From NCBI GenBank assembly GCA_030740155.1, contig JASLXV010000032.1, forward strand, positions 64,001-128,000: a stretch of 64,000 bases of DNA. Direction: 5' to 3'. The position numbers and the translations under genes were made by a program. The stretch is from Dehalococcoidia bacterium (GTDB taxonomy: Bacteria > Chloroflexota > Dehalococcoidia > Lucifugimonadales > UBA3495). The notes under the pieces were generated by a model. That model saw only the letters and a list, made by a program, of their open reading frames with translations, was not told the DNA's origin and did not search any database. Below, piece after piece: positions 20,185-29,712 of the stretch (its first letter is position 1; every line of letters starts with the position of its first letter).

Positions 20185-20565
20185 ATGAATAAACGACAAT
20201 TGGCTGGGGTGATCGTCGCGCTGATGACACACTCTCGAACAGATCGAGGAATGAGATTGACCGAGTTTCGAACTCGGTGCATCCCTGCGGGCGAGATACA
20301 CGAACTCGTTACCACCGACCAGTCAGATGCGGTACTCGGAGACCGGATAGATCGCGTTGGCTACCTGGGTTTCGCGGAAATTGCCGTCGGGGGAGTTATG
20401 GAGGTTGGTGATCCGGTTCGTATTGCCGGCACTCAGATCGGCCGGTTGCTTGGATTTGATGATACGCACTACCCCAACCACTACAACGTACTTATTGCGA
20501 CAGACCGGCTTCTCACCGCGGAAGACATTCACTTGAAAGTAGAGAGCCCGATTACCTTCGGTTGA
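20185..20565 (+). CDS. Small conserved protein (DUF6917-like)
   Basis: RGMRL..RTRC...GEIHEL, DRVGYLGFAEI, GFDDTHYPNHYN; GGAGG RBS. Confidence 0.65.
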   Translation: MNKRQLAGVIVALMTHSRTDRGMRLTEFRTRCIPAGEIHELVTTDQSDAVLGDRIDRVGYLGFAEIAVGGVMEVGDPVRIAGTQIGRLLGFDDTHYPNHYNVLIATDRLLTAEDIHLKVESPITFG

Positions 20566-20817
20566 GCTGCCTGCAAAACCAGCCGGCCGCGGAAAGCGGT
20601 GACGATTGGCCCGCGGCCATGATGGGTGCGAAGAGGGACTCCCGCTTGACTTGGTCCCCAACCCGGTCCAACCGATGGGGGCCATTTCAAGCTTCGGATA
20701 CAGTTAGCCGGTTTTCTGACACCGGTTCCAAGGTTGTCCGCCTTGCAAGCGGATGGCCCTGACCGGCAATTCCACCCGTTGTCTCAGCTTTCAGAGGCTT
20801 GGGAGCGTTGGTATCCA

Positions 20818-21408
20818 ATGAATGAGCCCGAGGTCACGATCATCCAACCCGGCTACTCCGAGCGGGTTGGCCCCTCTCAGCACCGCGCCGACGGCACCAT
20901 CACGCTTATCAAGGGTCCGACCAACATCATCGTGGATACCGGGGGACCGTGGGACAAACAGGCAATACTCGAAGCCCTGCGGCGGGAGAGCCTTCATGCC
21001 GCCGACATACAGTTAGTAGTCTGCACCCACGGGCACTCGGACCACACCGGCAACAACAACCTCTTCCCGAATGCAACGCTGATTCTGTCGTACGACGTGT
21101 GCAAGGACGGCCTGTACACGTTCCACGATTTCGCCCACGGCGACACCTACCCGGTGGATGAGCATACCGAGATCATCCCAACGCCCGGCCACACGACCCA
21201 GGATGTGAGCGTGATCGTCAGGACGAAGCAGGGGGTAATCGCCATCGTCGGGGACCTGTTCGAGTGTGCCGAAGACCTTCAGGATGAGAGCTTGTGGCGC
21301 TCGTTTAGTGAGATGCCCGAGACGCAAAGAGCCAACCGCGCCAGGGTCGCCGGTCTCGCCGACTTCATTGTGCCCGGGCATGGGGAGATGTTCCGGGTTC
21401 GAAGTTAG
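20818..21408 (+). CDS. MBL-fold metallo-hydrolase, MBLAC1-like
   Basis: VDTG, THGHSDHTGNNNLF, TPGHT..DVSV, GDLFE, IVPGHG. Confidence 0.85.
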   Translation: MNEPEVTIIQPGYSERVGPSQHRADGTITLIKGPTNIIVDTGGPWDKQAILEALRRESLHAADIQLVVCTHGHSDHTGNNNLFPNATLILSYDVCKDGLYTFHDFAHGDTYPVDEHTEIIPTPGHTTQDVSVIVRTKQGVIAIVGDLFECAEDLQDESLWRSFSEMPETQRANRARVAGLADFIVPGHGEMFRVRS

Positions 21409-21480
21409 TCTACCTTCGTGGGGGCCGCCGGCGCGCCCGCTAACCGCGGCTTGGCTTGCTCAGGACCAGGCCAGCACCAG

Positions 21481-21640
21481 CGTACCATCGTAGACCAAGA
21501 CGAAGCCATCCGCGTCGATCCTCAGTTTCCGCGGGTGTATTTCAACCGGGCCGACACCCGCATCCACCTGGGAGATCACGAACGGGCCATACAGGACTAC
21601 GACGAGACTGTCCGGCTCAATCCACAGTCCGACGCTTACA
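21481..21640 (+). pseudogene. TPR-repeat gene remnant
   Basis: DEAIRVDPQFPRVYFNRA...LGDHERAIQDYDETVRLNPQ; about 1.5 TPR units, no clean start. Confidence 0.55.
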
Positions 21641-21846
21641 CCGCCACGGGTCCTCCAATACAATCTGGGCCGGTCCCGGATTCAAGGCTCCGGCGCAAAG
21701 AGTCGGCGAAACCGGGGTTTGAAGGAGAAAGTAGTGCACATCGGGTTTGCGGAGGAGAACCTGGCCGCCAATATTCAGGCTTTTCGCAATCGGTCCAGGG
21801 TCAGTCCGGCCTTCTCAGAGCACCGGGGACGGATCGTAGGATCAGA

Positions 21847-23154
21847 ATGAGAAGCAGTTTTCTGTTTGCCGCGCTGGTGGCCGCCATGGCAGCAGCCTTG
21901 GCAGCCTGCGGCGTCTCGGCGACCCAGACCGCCATCCTGCCCACGTTGCCGCCGATCCAGTTGCAGGCTGCCCCGGCGGTGACCCAGGCGCCGGTTTCCA
22001 CTCTGGCGCCCATCTCGACCCCCACCCGGGAGCCGACCGCTACACCCAAACCAACCGCCACACCCGTGCCAACATCCACACCCAGACCAACGTCCACACC
22101 ATCGCCCACGAGGGTGGTTACGCCCGTGGAAAACCCAACCCCCACGGTCAACCGCGAGGGGTCATGGGCTACCCCAAATCTTGAGGTATCGGTGGTCCCC
22201 GCCGCGCTGAAAGTAGGTGAAACTGCGACCGTCACTGCCCGGGTAACTGGGCCGGGAGGCCTTCCCAATTACTACCTGAACTTGGACCCAAAATTCTTCA
22301 AGATCAAGACCGGCGACTCGTCTACGGAGTGGACCGTCGAGGCGGTTGCGATTGGGGCCACGTCGATTTCTGTGAGCATGACCTATGAAACCCAGGTCTG
22401 CCTCGACGGAAACTGTTTCTTCAATTTCACTGGTACCAGCTCTCCGTCCGTGACAGTCACCGTGTCAGCGGGGGAGAAGGTTACCGCTGGCGGCCCCGGC
22501 GAAAGGCCGAAAGATACTGCTGTCGTGGAGGAGTCGTGGCCCGCCCCGGTGCTCGAAATATCGGTGGTCCCCGCAACCTTGCGAATAGGAGAAACCGCGA
22601 CCGTTACGGTCAGGACGACCGGCCGCGGAGGCTTTGCCGAATACTACCTGGACTTGGACTCAACCTTTCTCAAAGCCAACTCTCCCAACCAGGTTCTCCA
22701 CAATACGTATGACGAAATTCCTCAATGGACCATCGAGGCGGTGAATATTGCGACCACATCTTTGTCGGTGAACCTGCACCACCGAACGAAAATATGCCTT
22801 GACGGGGATTGCTATTTCAATATCATCGATACCCGCTCGCCGTCCGTGGTAGTCAAGGTGGTGCCAGCTGAGTCCGCCACCTACACGCTGCAGACTTCTG
22901 TCGATCCATTTTTCTCGGGCGGCACGATCACCCAGGATCCGTTGCCGGCATCCGACGAAACCTACCTGGCCGGAACCGTGGTGACATTGACTGCCTCCCC
23001 GTCCGGCCATAAGGCCTGCAACAGCACGCCATACTGGAGCTTCGTGGGTTGGACCGGAGCCCTTCAGGGTTCCACGCCGGCGGTTGAAATCTCCATGGAT
23101 TCGAGCAAAACGGTGAGTGCGGTCTTCAGGGAATTCTTTCCGCCGAATTGTTAA
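21847..23154 (+). CDS. Surface lipoprotein: PT-rich stalk, two tandem beta-rich repeats, C-terminal divergent InlB B-repeat-like domain
   Basis: Lipobox LAAC; PTATPKPTATP; repeated SW..P.LE.SVVPA.L..GETATVT...CLDG.C.FN...SPSV.V.V; YLAGTVVTLTASP...F.GWTG...MDSSKTVSAVF. Confidence 0.75.
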   Translation: MRSSFLFAALVAAMAAALAACGVSATQTAILPTLPPIQLQAAPAVTQAPVSTLAPISTPTREPTATPKPTATPVPTSTPRPTSTPSPTRVVTPVENPTPTVNREGSWATPNLEVSVVPAALKVGETATVTARVTGPGGLPNYYLNLDPKFFKIKTGDSSTEWTVEAVAIGATSISVSMTYETQVCLDGNCFFNFTGTSSPSVTVTVSAGEKVTAGGPGERPKDTAVVEESWPAPVLEISVVPATLRIGETATVTVRTTGRGGFAEYYLDLDSTFLKANSPNQVLHNTYDEIPQWTIEAVNIATTSLSVNLHHRTKICLDGDCYFNIIDTRSPSVVVKVVPAESATYTLQTSVDPFFSGGTITQDPLPASDETYLAGTVVTLTASPSGHKACNSTPYWSFVGWTGALQGSTPAVEISMDSSKTVSAVFREFFPPNC

Positions 23155-23241
23155 TCGCGATCTTCTCGCCATCTCCGCGCTCTCCGCGGCAATTCGACGG
23201 GTTACCTGCATGACGCGGGTTGGGTTGCCCGCTAACGGTAG

Positions 23242-24453
23242 CTAGAGGGTGGCCACGCACCGGGCCGGGTCGGATTCCTCCAGTACCTGGGGACGGTGCC
23301 CGGTGTGGATGTAGTCGGCCACCAGCTTGCCCGCCATGGGGCCACGGCCAAAGCCCGAGGAGGCCAAGCCCCCCACGATATAAAGGTTGTCGATCTGGGG
23401 GACCTTACCGATTAAGGGCGTTCCATCCAGAGAAAAGGGCATCAGCCCGGCCCAGGTCTGCTCGATGGGAAGCCTTCGCAACATGGGGATCACTTCTCCG
23501 GCCTGCTCCCGGTTGACTTCGATTCCGGCGGCTTCCGGCACCCGCTTGAACCCGACCAGCTGCCTATCGCCACCGAAAATTACCTCGCCGCTCCTTGTTT
23601 GGCGTCCGTAAAGGTGTCTGGTCAGCCGGGTATCGGCCCCGTGGGTCAGGTCCGGGGGAGGCGCGCCGGCGTTCCCTTGGTCCCGCTGCTTGTGCTCGCC
23701 GTCCCAACAGAGGTCCGATTCGGTGGAGCTGATCGTATGGAACAGGCAGGGGGGTACGCTGGGCGTGGACCACATCTGACCCCGCACCGGGACTATCGGG
23801 ATGTGGAGGCCGAGCATGGCGCCCAGGGGCCCGCACCAGGCGCCCGCCGCCAGGACCAGGACTCCGGCTTGAAACTCCCGGCCCGACGCGGTTACACTCC
23901 AGCTTCTCGCCCCCAGACTCCGGAGGGCGGTTACCTCATGGCTGGTGAGAATGCGGGCGCCGCTCCTTTCGGCCAGGGAAGCAAAAGCCCGGGTCGCTTT
24001 CACCGGGTCCGCCTGCCCGCGATCCGGTGAGTACATGAAGCCCAGCAACGCCGGATTCGACTCGGGCTCCACCGCCAGGGCTTCCCTGGGGCTGAGCAGT
24101 TCAACCGTGCAACCCTGGGAACGGAGTCTCAGCACCTTGTCCCGGAGATACTCGTACTGCTCGTCGGTGTGAATGGCCTGCAGGCGCCCCGACTGCCGAA
24201 ACTCGATGGGGTAGCCCAGGTCTATCTGAATAGTCTTGAAAAGCTCGAAGCTTCCCATGGTCAGGAATGCTTGGAGGTCTGGGTAGTTGCCCCAACCGGC
24301 CCCGCCCAAGCCTCCGGCGTTGACCCCGGAAGCCTCGCAAGCGACCGCTCCCCGCTCCAGCAAGGTGACCTGGTGCCCCTGCTGGGCTAGGTAGTAGGCC
24401 GTGGAGGCGCCAGCGATACCGCCGCCTATGATCAGCACATCCGCTTCCGGCAT
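23242..24453 (-). CDS. FAD-dependent oxidoreductase (DAO / glycine oxidase / sarcosine oxidase beta family)
   Basis: IIGGGIAG, ASGVNAG, AAGAW, PVRGQ, WAGLMPFSLDGTP.IG, GFGRGP. Confidence 0.92.
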   Translation of the reverse strand: MPEADVLIIGGGIAGASTAYYLAQQGHQVTLLERGAVACEASGVNAGGLGGAGWGNYPDLQAFLTMGSFELFKTIQIDLGYPIEFRQSGRLQAIHTDEQYEYLRDKVLRLRSQGCTVELLSPREALAVEPESNPALLGFMYSPDRGQADPVKATRAFASLAERSGARILTSHEVTALRSLGARSWSVTASGREFQAGVLVLAAGAWCGPLGAMLGLHIPIVPVRGQMWSTPSVPPCLFHTISSTESDLCWDGEHKQRDQGNAGAPPPDLTHGADTRLTRHLYGRQTRSGEVIFGGDRQLVGFKRVPEAAGIEVNREQAGEVIPMLRRLPIEQTWAGLMPFSLDGTPLIGKVPQIDNLYIVGGLASSGFGRGPMAGKLVADYIHTGHRPQVLEESDPARCVATL

Positions 24454-24847
24454 GGACCCTCCTGCTGGGTTTGAATAAATATAAGGCCGCAAGCCTGCGT
24501 TGCACAACCCCATTTGAAGACAAAGAATGCCGGCGGTAGCGCCGGGAGCCTGAAGCATTGTACAGGTCTTCTGGGTGCTGGTTATGGCAAGGCGTCTGGT
24601 GCACCGCCGCCGGAAGCGATAGAATCTCTACCTACGTGGGGGGTGATGTGAGGCACCCAGCGGCCAGAGAGAGGATGAATCACCGGCTCTTTCAGACTCC
24701 CACCTGCTCGGGTGGGTGGGAAAAACCAGCGTTGGTTGGTAGACTGGGTAGTAATCGGATCCCGCTTGCCGCCCCTTGGCATGACTCGAAAGCCGTCCGC
24801 CGGCCGGCCTCTCCCGGAGACCGGCTCACGCACCATCCTGTCGTAAG

Positions 24848-25960
24848 GTGACCGCCATGACCCAGGAGCCAGGGCCCCGCCGAAAGCACCCGTACTTCAT
24901 GTATGACGCCATCCAGCGTCAGCCCGAGGCCATGGAAGAGATGTTGCGCATGCATGGCACTCGCGCCCAGGAGGTGGCGGCTGTGATCGCCGGGAAACGG
25001 CGCCTGTACCTGGTGGGCATCGGGACCTCCTGGAACGCGGCCCTGGTGGCCCAGCATTGGCTTCGCCGGTTCGTCGGGCGGTCGGTGGAAGTCGTGGCCT
25101 GGCACTCGTTCGAGTTCTGCTCTTATCCGCCGCCCTTGAACGACGAAGACGCCGTCATCGTCATCAGCCACCGGGGAGCGAAGACCTACTCCTTCCAGGC
25201 GTTGGAAATGGCCAAGGCCGGCGCCGCCTACACCGTCTCCATCACCTCTACCGACGCCGGGCCGCACATCCGGGTGGCCGACGCGGTGTTGCATACCGTG
25301 GAGCAGGAGCGCTCGGCCGACACCATAAGCTATACAGCGGCGTTGACGGTCCTGGCGCTGCTGGCCACTGCCCTGGGAAGCTGGAAGGATGGCGGTGAGG
25401 AGTTGCCGCTTCTCCGGGCCCAGCTCGAGGAATTGCCCCAGAAGATGACCCAGGTGCTGACCCGCCAGCGCGCCATGCAGCAGGCCGCACGGCGGTTCAG
25501 GAGCCGGAGCCGTTTTGTCTCCGTCGGCTGGGGGCCCAACACGGCCACCGCCTACGAGTCGGCGCTGAAGATGCAAGAGACCAGCGCCACCGACAGCGAG
25601 GGGATTCAGGTGGAGCAACTGCTGCACGGCCCGTTCTGCTCCGTTGACCAGAATTGCCTGGTTACCCTGATCGCGCCTCCGGGTCCCGGCTACGGGCGGG
25701 CCTTGAACATCGCCCGGGCCTCCCTGGAGGTGGGCGCACCCGTTTGGGCCTTGGTGCAGGACGGTGACGTGCTCCTATCCGATCTGGCCACCGAGTCCTG
25801 TAACCTGCCGTCAGTCCCCGAGTTCTGGAGCCCTCTGCTCTACGTGCTGCCCTTGCAGCTCTTCGCCTACAACCTGGCGCTGGTGAAGGGCACCCATCCC
25901 GACCTGTTCCAAGAGGACAACGCCAGGCAGGCCGCCGCTCGTCGGCACTACGAGCTGTAG
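24848..25960 (+). CDS. SIS-domain sugar-phosphate isomerase/deglycase (GlmS-C/FrlB-like, no glutaminase domain)
   Basis: I..QP, GIGTS.NA, ISHRG, AYESALKMQE, EQLLHGP, LQLFAY..A. Confidence 0.85.
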   Translation: MTAMTQEPGPRRKHPYFMYDAIQRQPEAMEEMLRMHGTRAQEVAAVIAGKRRLYLVGIGTSWNAALVAQHWLRRFVGRSVEVVAWHSFEFCSYPPPLNDEDAVIVISHRGAKTYSFQALEMAKAGAAYTVSITSTDAGPHIRVADAVLHTVEQERSADTISYTAALTVLALLATALGSWKDGGEELPLLRAQLEELPQKMTQVLTRQRAMQQAARRFRSRSRFVSVGWGPNTATAYESALKMQETSATDSEGIQVEQLLHGPFCSVDQNCLVTLIAPPGPGYGRALNIARASLEVGAPVWALVQDGDVLLSDLATESCNLPSVPEFWSPLLYVLPLQLFAYNLALVKGTHPDLFQEDNARQAAARRHYEL

Positions 25961-26086
25961 GCCGAAACCCGGCCAACCAGCATTCAGCGGTGACCGGTCA
26001 GCCGGAATGGGCTCACCCGGATCCATGGCATTGAGATGATACCCGACGGTCGGCAGCTATCAGTTGCCGCAAAAGGAGTACCGAGA

Positions 26087-26464
26087 ATGGCGTCGACAGA
26101 AGAAGCCCAGACATTCCTCGACAAAACGGGACCGGGCCGGGGTTACATGCTGGAGATGCACCGGATCATGGCGGCAGCCGACCTGGAGTGGGCCCAGAAA
26201 TTCAATGCGTTCATCGAGACCACGTACACCGGCCAGCGGCTTCTGGACCGCAAGACCAAGGAACTGCTTCAGATCGTGGTGGAGGTAGCCTTGCGGGCCG
26301 ACGTGGAGCATATCCAGGCCCACATGAAAGTGGCGCTGCGGGAGGGAGCCACGCCCCGGGAAATCCTCGAAGCCATGGAGACGGTTGTCGCCCCCATGGG
26401 CGCCCTGGCCTTCCGCCGGGGTCTCCAGGCCTGGGCTGCGGAGACGGGCCTTCACGGGGAATAA
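26087..26464 (+). CDS. Carboxymuconolactone decarboxylase (CMD/AhpD-like) family protein
   Basis: LDRKTKELL, H..VALREGATPREILE; AAGGAG RBS. Confidence 0.82.
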   Translation: MASTEEAQTFLDKTGPGRGYMLEMHRIMAAADLEWAQKFNAFIETTYTGQRLLDRKTKELLQIVVEVALRADVEHIQAHMKVALREGATPREILEAMETVVAPMGALAFRRGLQAWAAETGLHGE

Positions 26465-26479
26465 CCGGAATAACGGCGG

Positions 26480-26687
26480 GTAGGGGCGCAATATATTGCG
26501 CCCCCACGAGTTTGATCCGGAGCGACCGATGCGTTGGGTGCCCACGGGTCCGTGGCAGGTGCGCGATGAATTGGTCTCCACCGGTGGGGAGCACGCGATT
26601 GATTGGTCCTCACCGGTGCGGGTAAGGGCGCAATATATTGCGCCCTTACGGGTCCAGGCAGGGTCGCCCGATACATTGCGCCCTTAC
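26480..26687. repeat. Cluster of GTAG-type REP-like palindromes
   Basis: gtaggggcgcaatatattgcgcccccac (26480), perfect gtaagggcgcaatatattgcgcccttac (26622), partial copy near 26670. Confidence 0.75.
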
Positions 26688-26689
26688 AT

Positions 26690-27472
26690 TTATCGCTCCC
26701 GGACCACCGGGTTCCGCAGGACCCCGATTTCGCTGATCTCAACCTCGACGATGTCGCCGTCCTTCATGTTCTCGCCGGCCCCCTCGGTGCCCATCCAGAG
26801 GACGTCGCCGGGGTGCAGGGTGAGGTACCGGCTCATCGCACTGATGTAGGCTCGCACCCCGAAAATAGCGGTGCCCGCGACATACTCGATCGCCACCCGC
26901 CCGCTGAGAGTGACCTTGACGCGGAGGGCATCGGGGTTCAGGCCCGTGACGATCCAGGGGCCCATGGGCTTGAAGGTGTCGGTATTCTTGGCCCGCCACA
27001 GGGTCCGGTCGCCTCGCTGCCAGGTGCGCTCGCTGACGTCGTTGCCGATGGTGTAGCCGAGCACGTAGTCCAGGGCCTCTTCTTCGGTGACGTTCTTGCA
27101 CGTCTTGCCGATGACCGCCACCAACTCGCCTTCGTACTGCACCTTCTCCGTCGCGTCCTTGGGTATGATGATGGGCTCATCCTGGGCGATCAGCGCATTG
27201 GCCGCCCGGTAGCCTACGTCAGCTTGCTTGGGCAGGTTGGGTTGGGTGCCCACCTGCTGGGCCGCCCAGGTGACGTGCTCCGGGTAGTTGATCCCGGCGG
27301 CGTAGAACGTGGGAGGAATCACCGGGACCTCCAGCTTAACCGAGCTGAGGGGCTGGGAGTTGGAGGTCCGGGTGTAGCTATCAAAAGGGCTTCCTTCGAC
27401 CTCGATGACGGTATCGCCCTCGATGATGCCGTAGACCACCTTTTCCCCAGTCTTGAACCTGCACCATTTCAT
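26690..27472 (-). CDS. Fumarylacetoacetate hydrolase family protein
   Basis: GINY.EH, YEGEL..VIGK, GYTIGNDVSER, RAKNTDTF.PMGP, TLHPGD...GT. Confidence 0.93.
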   Translation of the reverse strand: MKWCRFKTGEKVVYGIIEGDTVIEVEGSPFDSYTRTSNSQPLSSVKLEVPVIPPTFYAAGINYPEHVTWAAQQVGTQPNLPKQADVGYRAANALIAQDEPIIIPKDATEKVQYEGELVAVIGKTCKNVTEEEALDYVLGYTIGNDVSERTWQRGDRTLWRAKNTDTFKPMGPWIVTGLNPDALRVKVTLSGRVAIEYVAGTAIFGVRAYISAMSRYLTLHPGDVLWMGTEGAGENMKDGDIVEVEISEIGVLRNPVVRER

Positions 27473-27760
27473 GGCCCATCCTCCTGAAACGACCTTTTCG
27501 GTCCCCGAGTCTGGCCTAGATTGTCACATCAAGCCTCCCAGGGGTCAAGCGGCCCGGCCACGGATAGCAGGACCGGTGGAGCATGCCCCGGCCAAGGCAG
27601 GTGAATACTGGCTAAGGTCGATGATGTTTACTGTGGGAAGGAAGTAATGGACGTGCTCTCCGGTTATCACGGAGAGCCCAGATAGCGGCCCTGGTTTGCC
27701 CGAACGCTTGGCGTATGCTAGGCTCCCCTGGCTGCTTCGATTACAGCTGGGGGAGACACG

Positions 27761-28528
27761 ATGAGACTGCAGGGGAAAACGGCCTTGATCACCGGGGCCA
27801 GCCGGAACATCGGCCGGGAGGTGGCCCTGACCTTTGCCCGGGAGGGCGCCAACCTGGTGCTGAACACCCGGAGCAGCCGGAACGAGTTGGAGGCGGTGGC
27901 CGCCGAGTGCCGCGAAATCGGCGTGAGTGTCCATACCGTCGTGGCCGACGTTTCCGACTCGGGCCAGGTCTCCCGCATGGTGGAGGAGGGCGTCGCCGCC
28001 CTGGGCAAGATCGATATCCTGGTCAGCAACGCCGCGGTCCGGCCCCACAAGCCGGTCCTGGAGGTCTCCGACGAAGAGTGGCGCCAGGTGTTGGGCGTGA
28101 ACCTCGACGCCACTTTCTATCTGTGCCGGGCCGTGTTGCCCGGCATGATCGACCGCCGGTCCGGGAGCATCATCGCCCTGGGCGGCCAGGCGGCCATCAC
28201 CGGCCGTCCGGGCACCGCCGCGGTGACGACGGCCAAGACCGGCCTGCTGGGGCTGATCCGGGCAATCGCGGCGGAGATGGCGCCCCATAATATCCGGGCC
28301 AACCTGGTGAACCCGGGCTCCACCGATACCGAAAGGCGGCATCCCGGCTGGTATCCGGAGTTTAGAGATGTGTCCCGGGGTTCGCCGGAGCACCTGAAGG
28401 CCCTGCCCATGGGAAGGCAGGGCACGGTCCAGGACATCGCCAACGCCTGCCTGTTCTTTGCTTCTGACGAGTCGGCCTACGTCACCGGCGACCGGCTCAA
28501 CGTGGTGGGAGGCCGGTACATCGTCTAG
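27761..28528 (+). CDS. SDR family oxidoreductase (atypical active site)
   Basis: TGASRNIG, ILVSNA, NLVNPG, TG..L.V.GG; YxxxK reads VTTAK. Confidence 0.9.
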   Translation: MRLQGKTALITGASRNIGREVALTFAREGANLVLNTRSSRNELEAVAAECREIGVSVHTVVADVSDSGQVSRMVEEGVAALGKIDILVSNAAVRPHKPVLEVSDEEWRQVLGVNLDATFYLCRAVLPGMIDRRSGSIIALGGQAAITGRPGTAAVTTAKTGLLGLIRAIAAEMAPHNIRANLVNPGSTDTERRHPGWYPEFRDVSRGSPEHLKALPMGRQGTVQDIANACLFFASDESAYVTGDRLNVVGGRYIV

Positions 28529-29529
28529 CCGGCGGCCACCTGCTGCCAGACCAGCGTGGCCGCCCCCACCAGACCGACCGAGTCTCCCAACCGGCTGGCC
28601 ACCAGGCGGAAGTCTTTGTGCCGCTCGCTCATGGCCCGTTGCTCGATCAACGAGTGAATCCGGGGCAGAAGCTCCAGCTCAGTGAGACCCGCCGTCACGC
28701 CCCCGCCCAGGACCAACAGGTCCGGGTTGTACAGGTGCAGGGTGTTGGCGAGGCCCGCGGAGAGCGCCTGGACCATCTTTTCCAGTATGTCCTTGGCCAG
28801 CCCATCGCCCTGGGACGCCGCCCGGAATACGCCCTGGGAGTCGATTGACTCGAGGTCCCCGGTGGCCAGAACGGACCCCGCCGACCCGGGCTCGGCCAGG
28901 CGGGTCCGGGCCGCCAGGGCGATGGCGGTGCCCGACGCCAGGGATTCCAGGCATCCCCGGTTGCCGCACTGGCAGCGGGGCGCCTCACCGCTCAAGTCGA
29001 TTGCCATGTGGCCGATCTCGGCGGCTAGGCCATTGGCGCCCAGGAACATCTTGCCCCGGTCGACCACGCCGCCCCCGATGCCGGTGCTGACCGTCAGGTA
29101 CACCAGGGTCCGGGTCGGGGTCCCGTCAGCCGCCGGCTCCTGGCCCGCCCCGCAATGAAACTCCCCCAGTGCGGCCAGGTTGGCGTCGTTCCCAATCCAC
29201 ACCGGATGACCGAACATGGGCTCCCAAAGCGCTTTCAGGGAGATGCCGTCTAGCTCGGGCAGGTTGGGCGGGTCGTGCAGGGTCCCGGTCGCGGCGTCCA
29301 CCGGGCCGGCGGCGGCGATCCCCACCCCGGCGACCGGCCGGCCGGCGCACCACTCTATCGCCTCACGGAGCAGACCCTCAGCCGACTTCAACAGCCGGGC
29401 CTGGCTGGCCTTCTGGGGGCTGGCCACCCGCGACTGCCACCAGATCTTCCCGTCTCGAGCGATGGCTGCCGCCCGGGTCCAGGTGCCGCCCCAGTCCATC
29501 GCTACCGCCAGTTCCGGCGACTGCGTCAT
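28525..29529 (-). CDS. ROK family sugar kinase (glucokinase-like)
   Basis: DWGGT, NDANLAALGE, STGIGGG, EIGHM, CQCGNRGCLESLASG. Confidence 0.92.
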   Translation of the reverse strand: MTQSPELAVAMDWGGTWTRAAAIARDGKIWWQSRVASPQKASQARLLKSAEGLLREAIEWCAGRPVAGVGIAAAGPVDAATGTLHDPPNLPELDGISLKALWEPMFGHPVWIGNDANLAALGEFHCGAGQEPAADGTPTRTLVYLTVSTGIGGGVVDRGKMFLGANGLAAEIGHMAIDLSGEAPRCQCGNRGCLESLASGTAIALAARTRLAEPGSAGSVLATGDLESIDSQGVFRAASQGDGLAKDILEKMVQALSAGLANTLHLYNPDLLVLGGGVTAGLTELELLPRIHSLIEQRAMSERHKDFRLVASRLGDSVGLVGAATLVWQQVAAG

Positions 29530-29712
29530 ATTCTCCCCACTCTGGGCGCAAGATTGCTAGTTTTCATGATAGCAGTTCACCGCTTGGTTCGCGAAGCCGC
29601 CCAAGACGAGGTGATTCGAGGAGGTTTATCCTAACAGTTCCGAAAGGGCTGCTTCCAAGATTGCGCCACGATGTTTTGGCCGGGGGTGCCGGATGCGGAG
29701 GCCTCGCCGCCG

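Noticed and set aside
21418..23154. 578-aa ORF as a single TPR-lipoprotein fusion
   Set aside because: The signal peptide and lipobox start at ATG 21847. The upstream part is a short TPR relic plus non-protein-like sequence that happens to be in frame.
19100..23160. Integron cassette array (co-oriented heterogeneous genes, TAAC/GTTAG-like words)
   Set aside because: No complementary R''/R' and L boxes could be paired and there is no intI in the window.
24454..24847. glmS ribozyme or riboswitch ahead of the SIS gene
   Set aside because: No recognisable conserved core; only a generic hairpin (cccacc-tgctcg-ggtggg).
26480..26687. CRISPR array
   Set aside because: Only 2-3 fully palindromic copies with irregular spacing and no cas genes; better explained as REPs.
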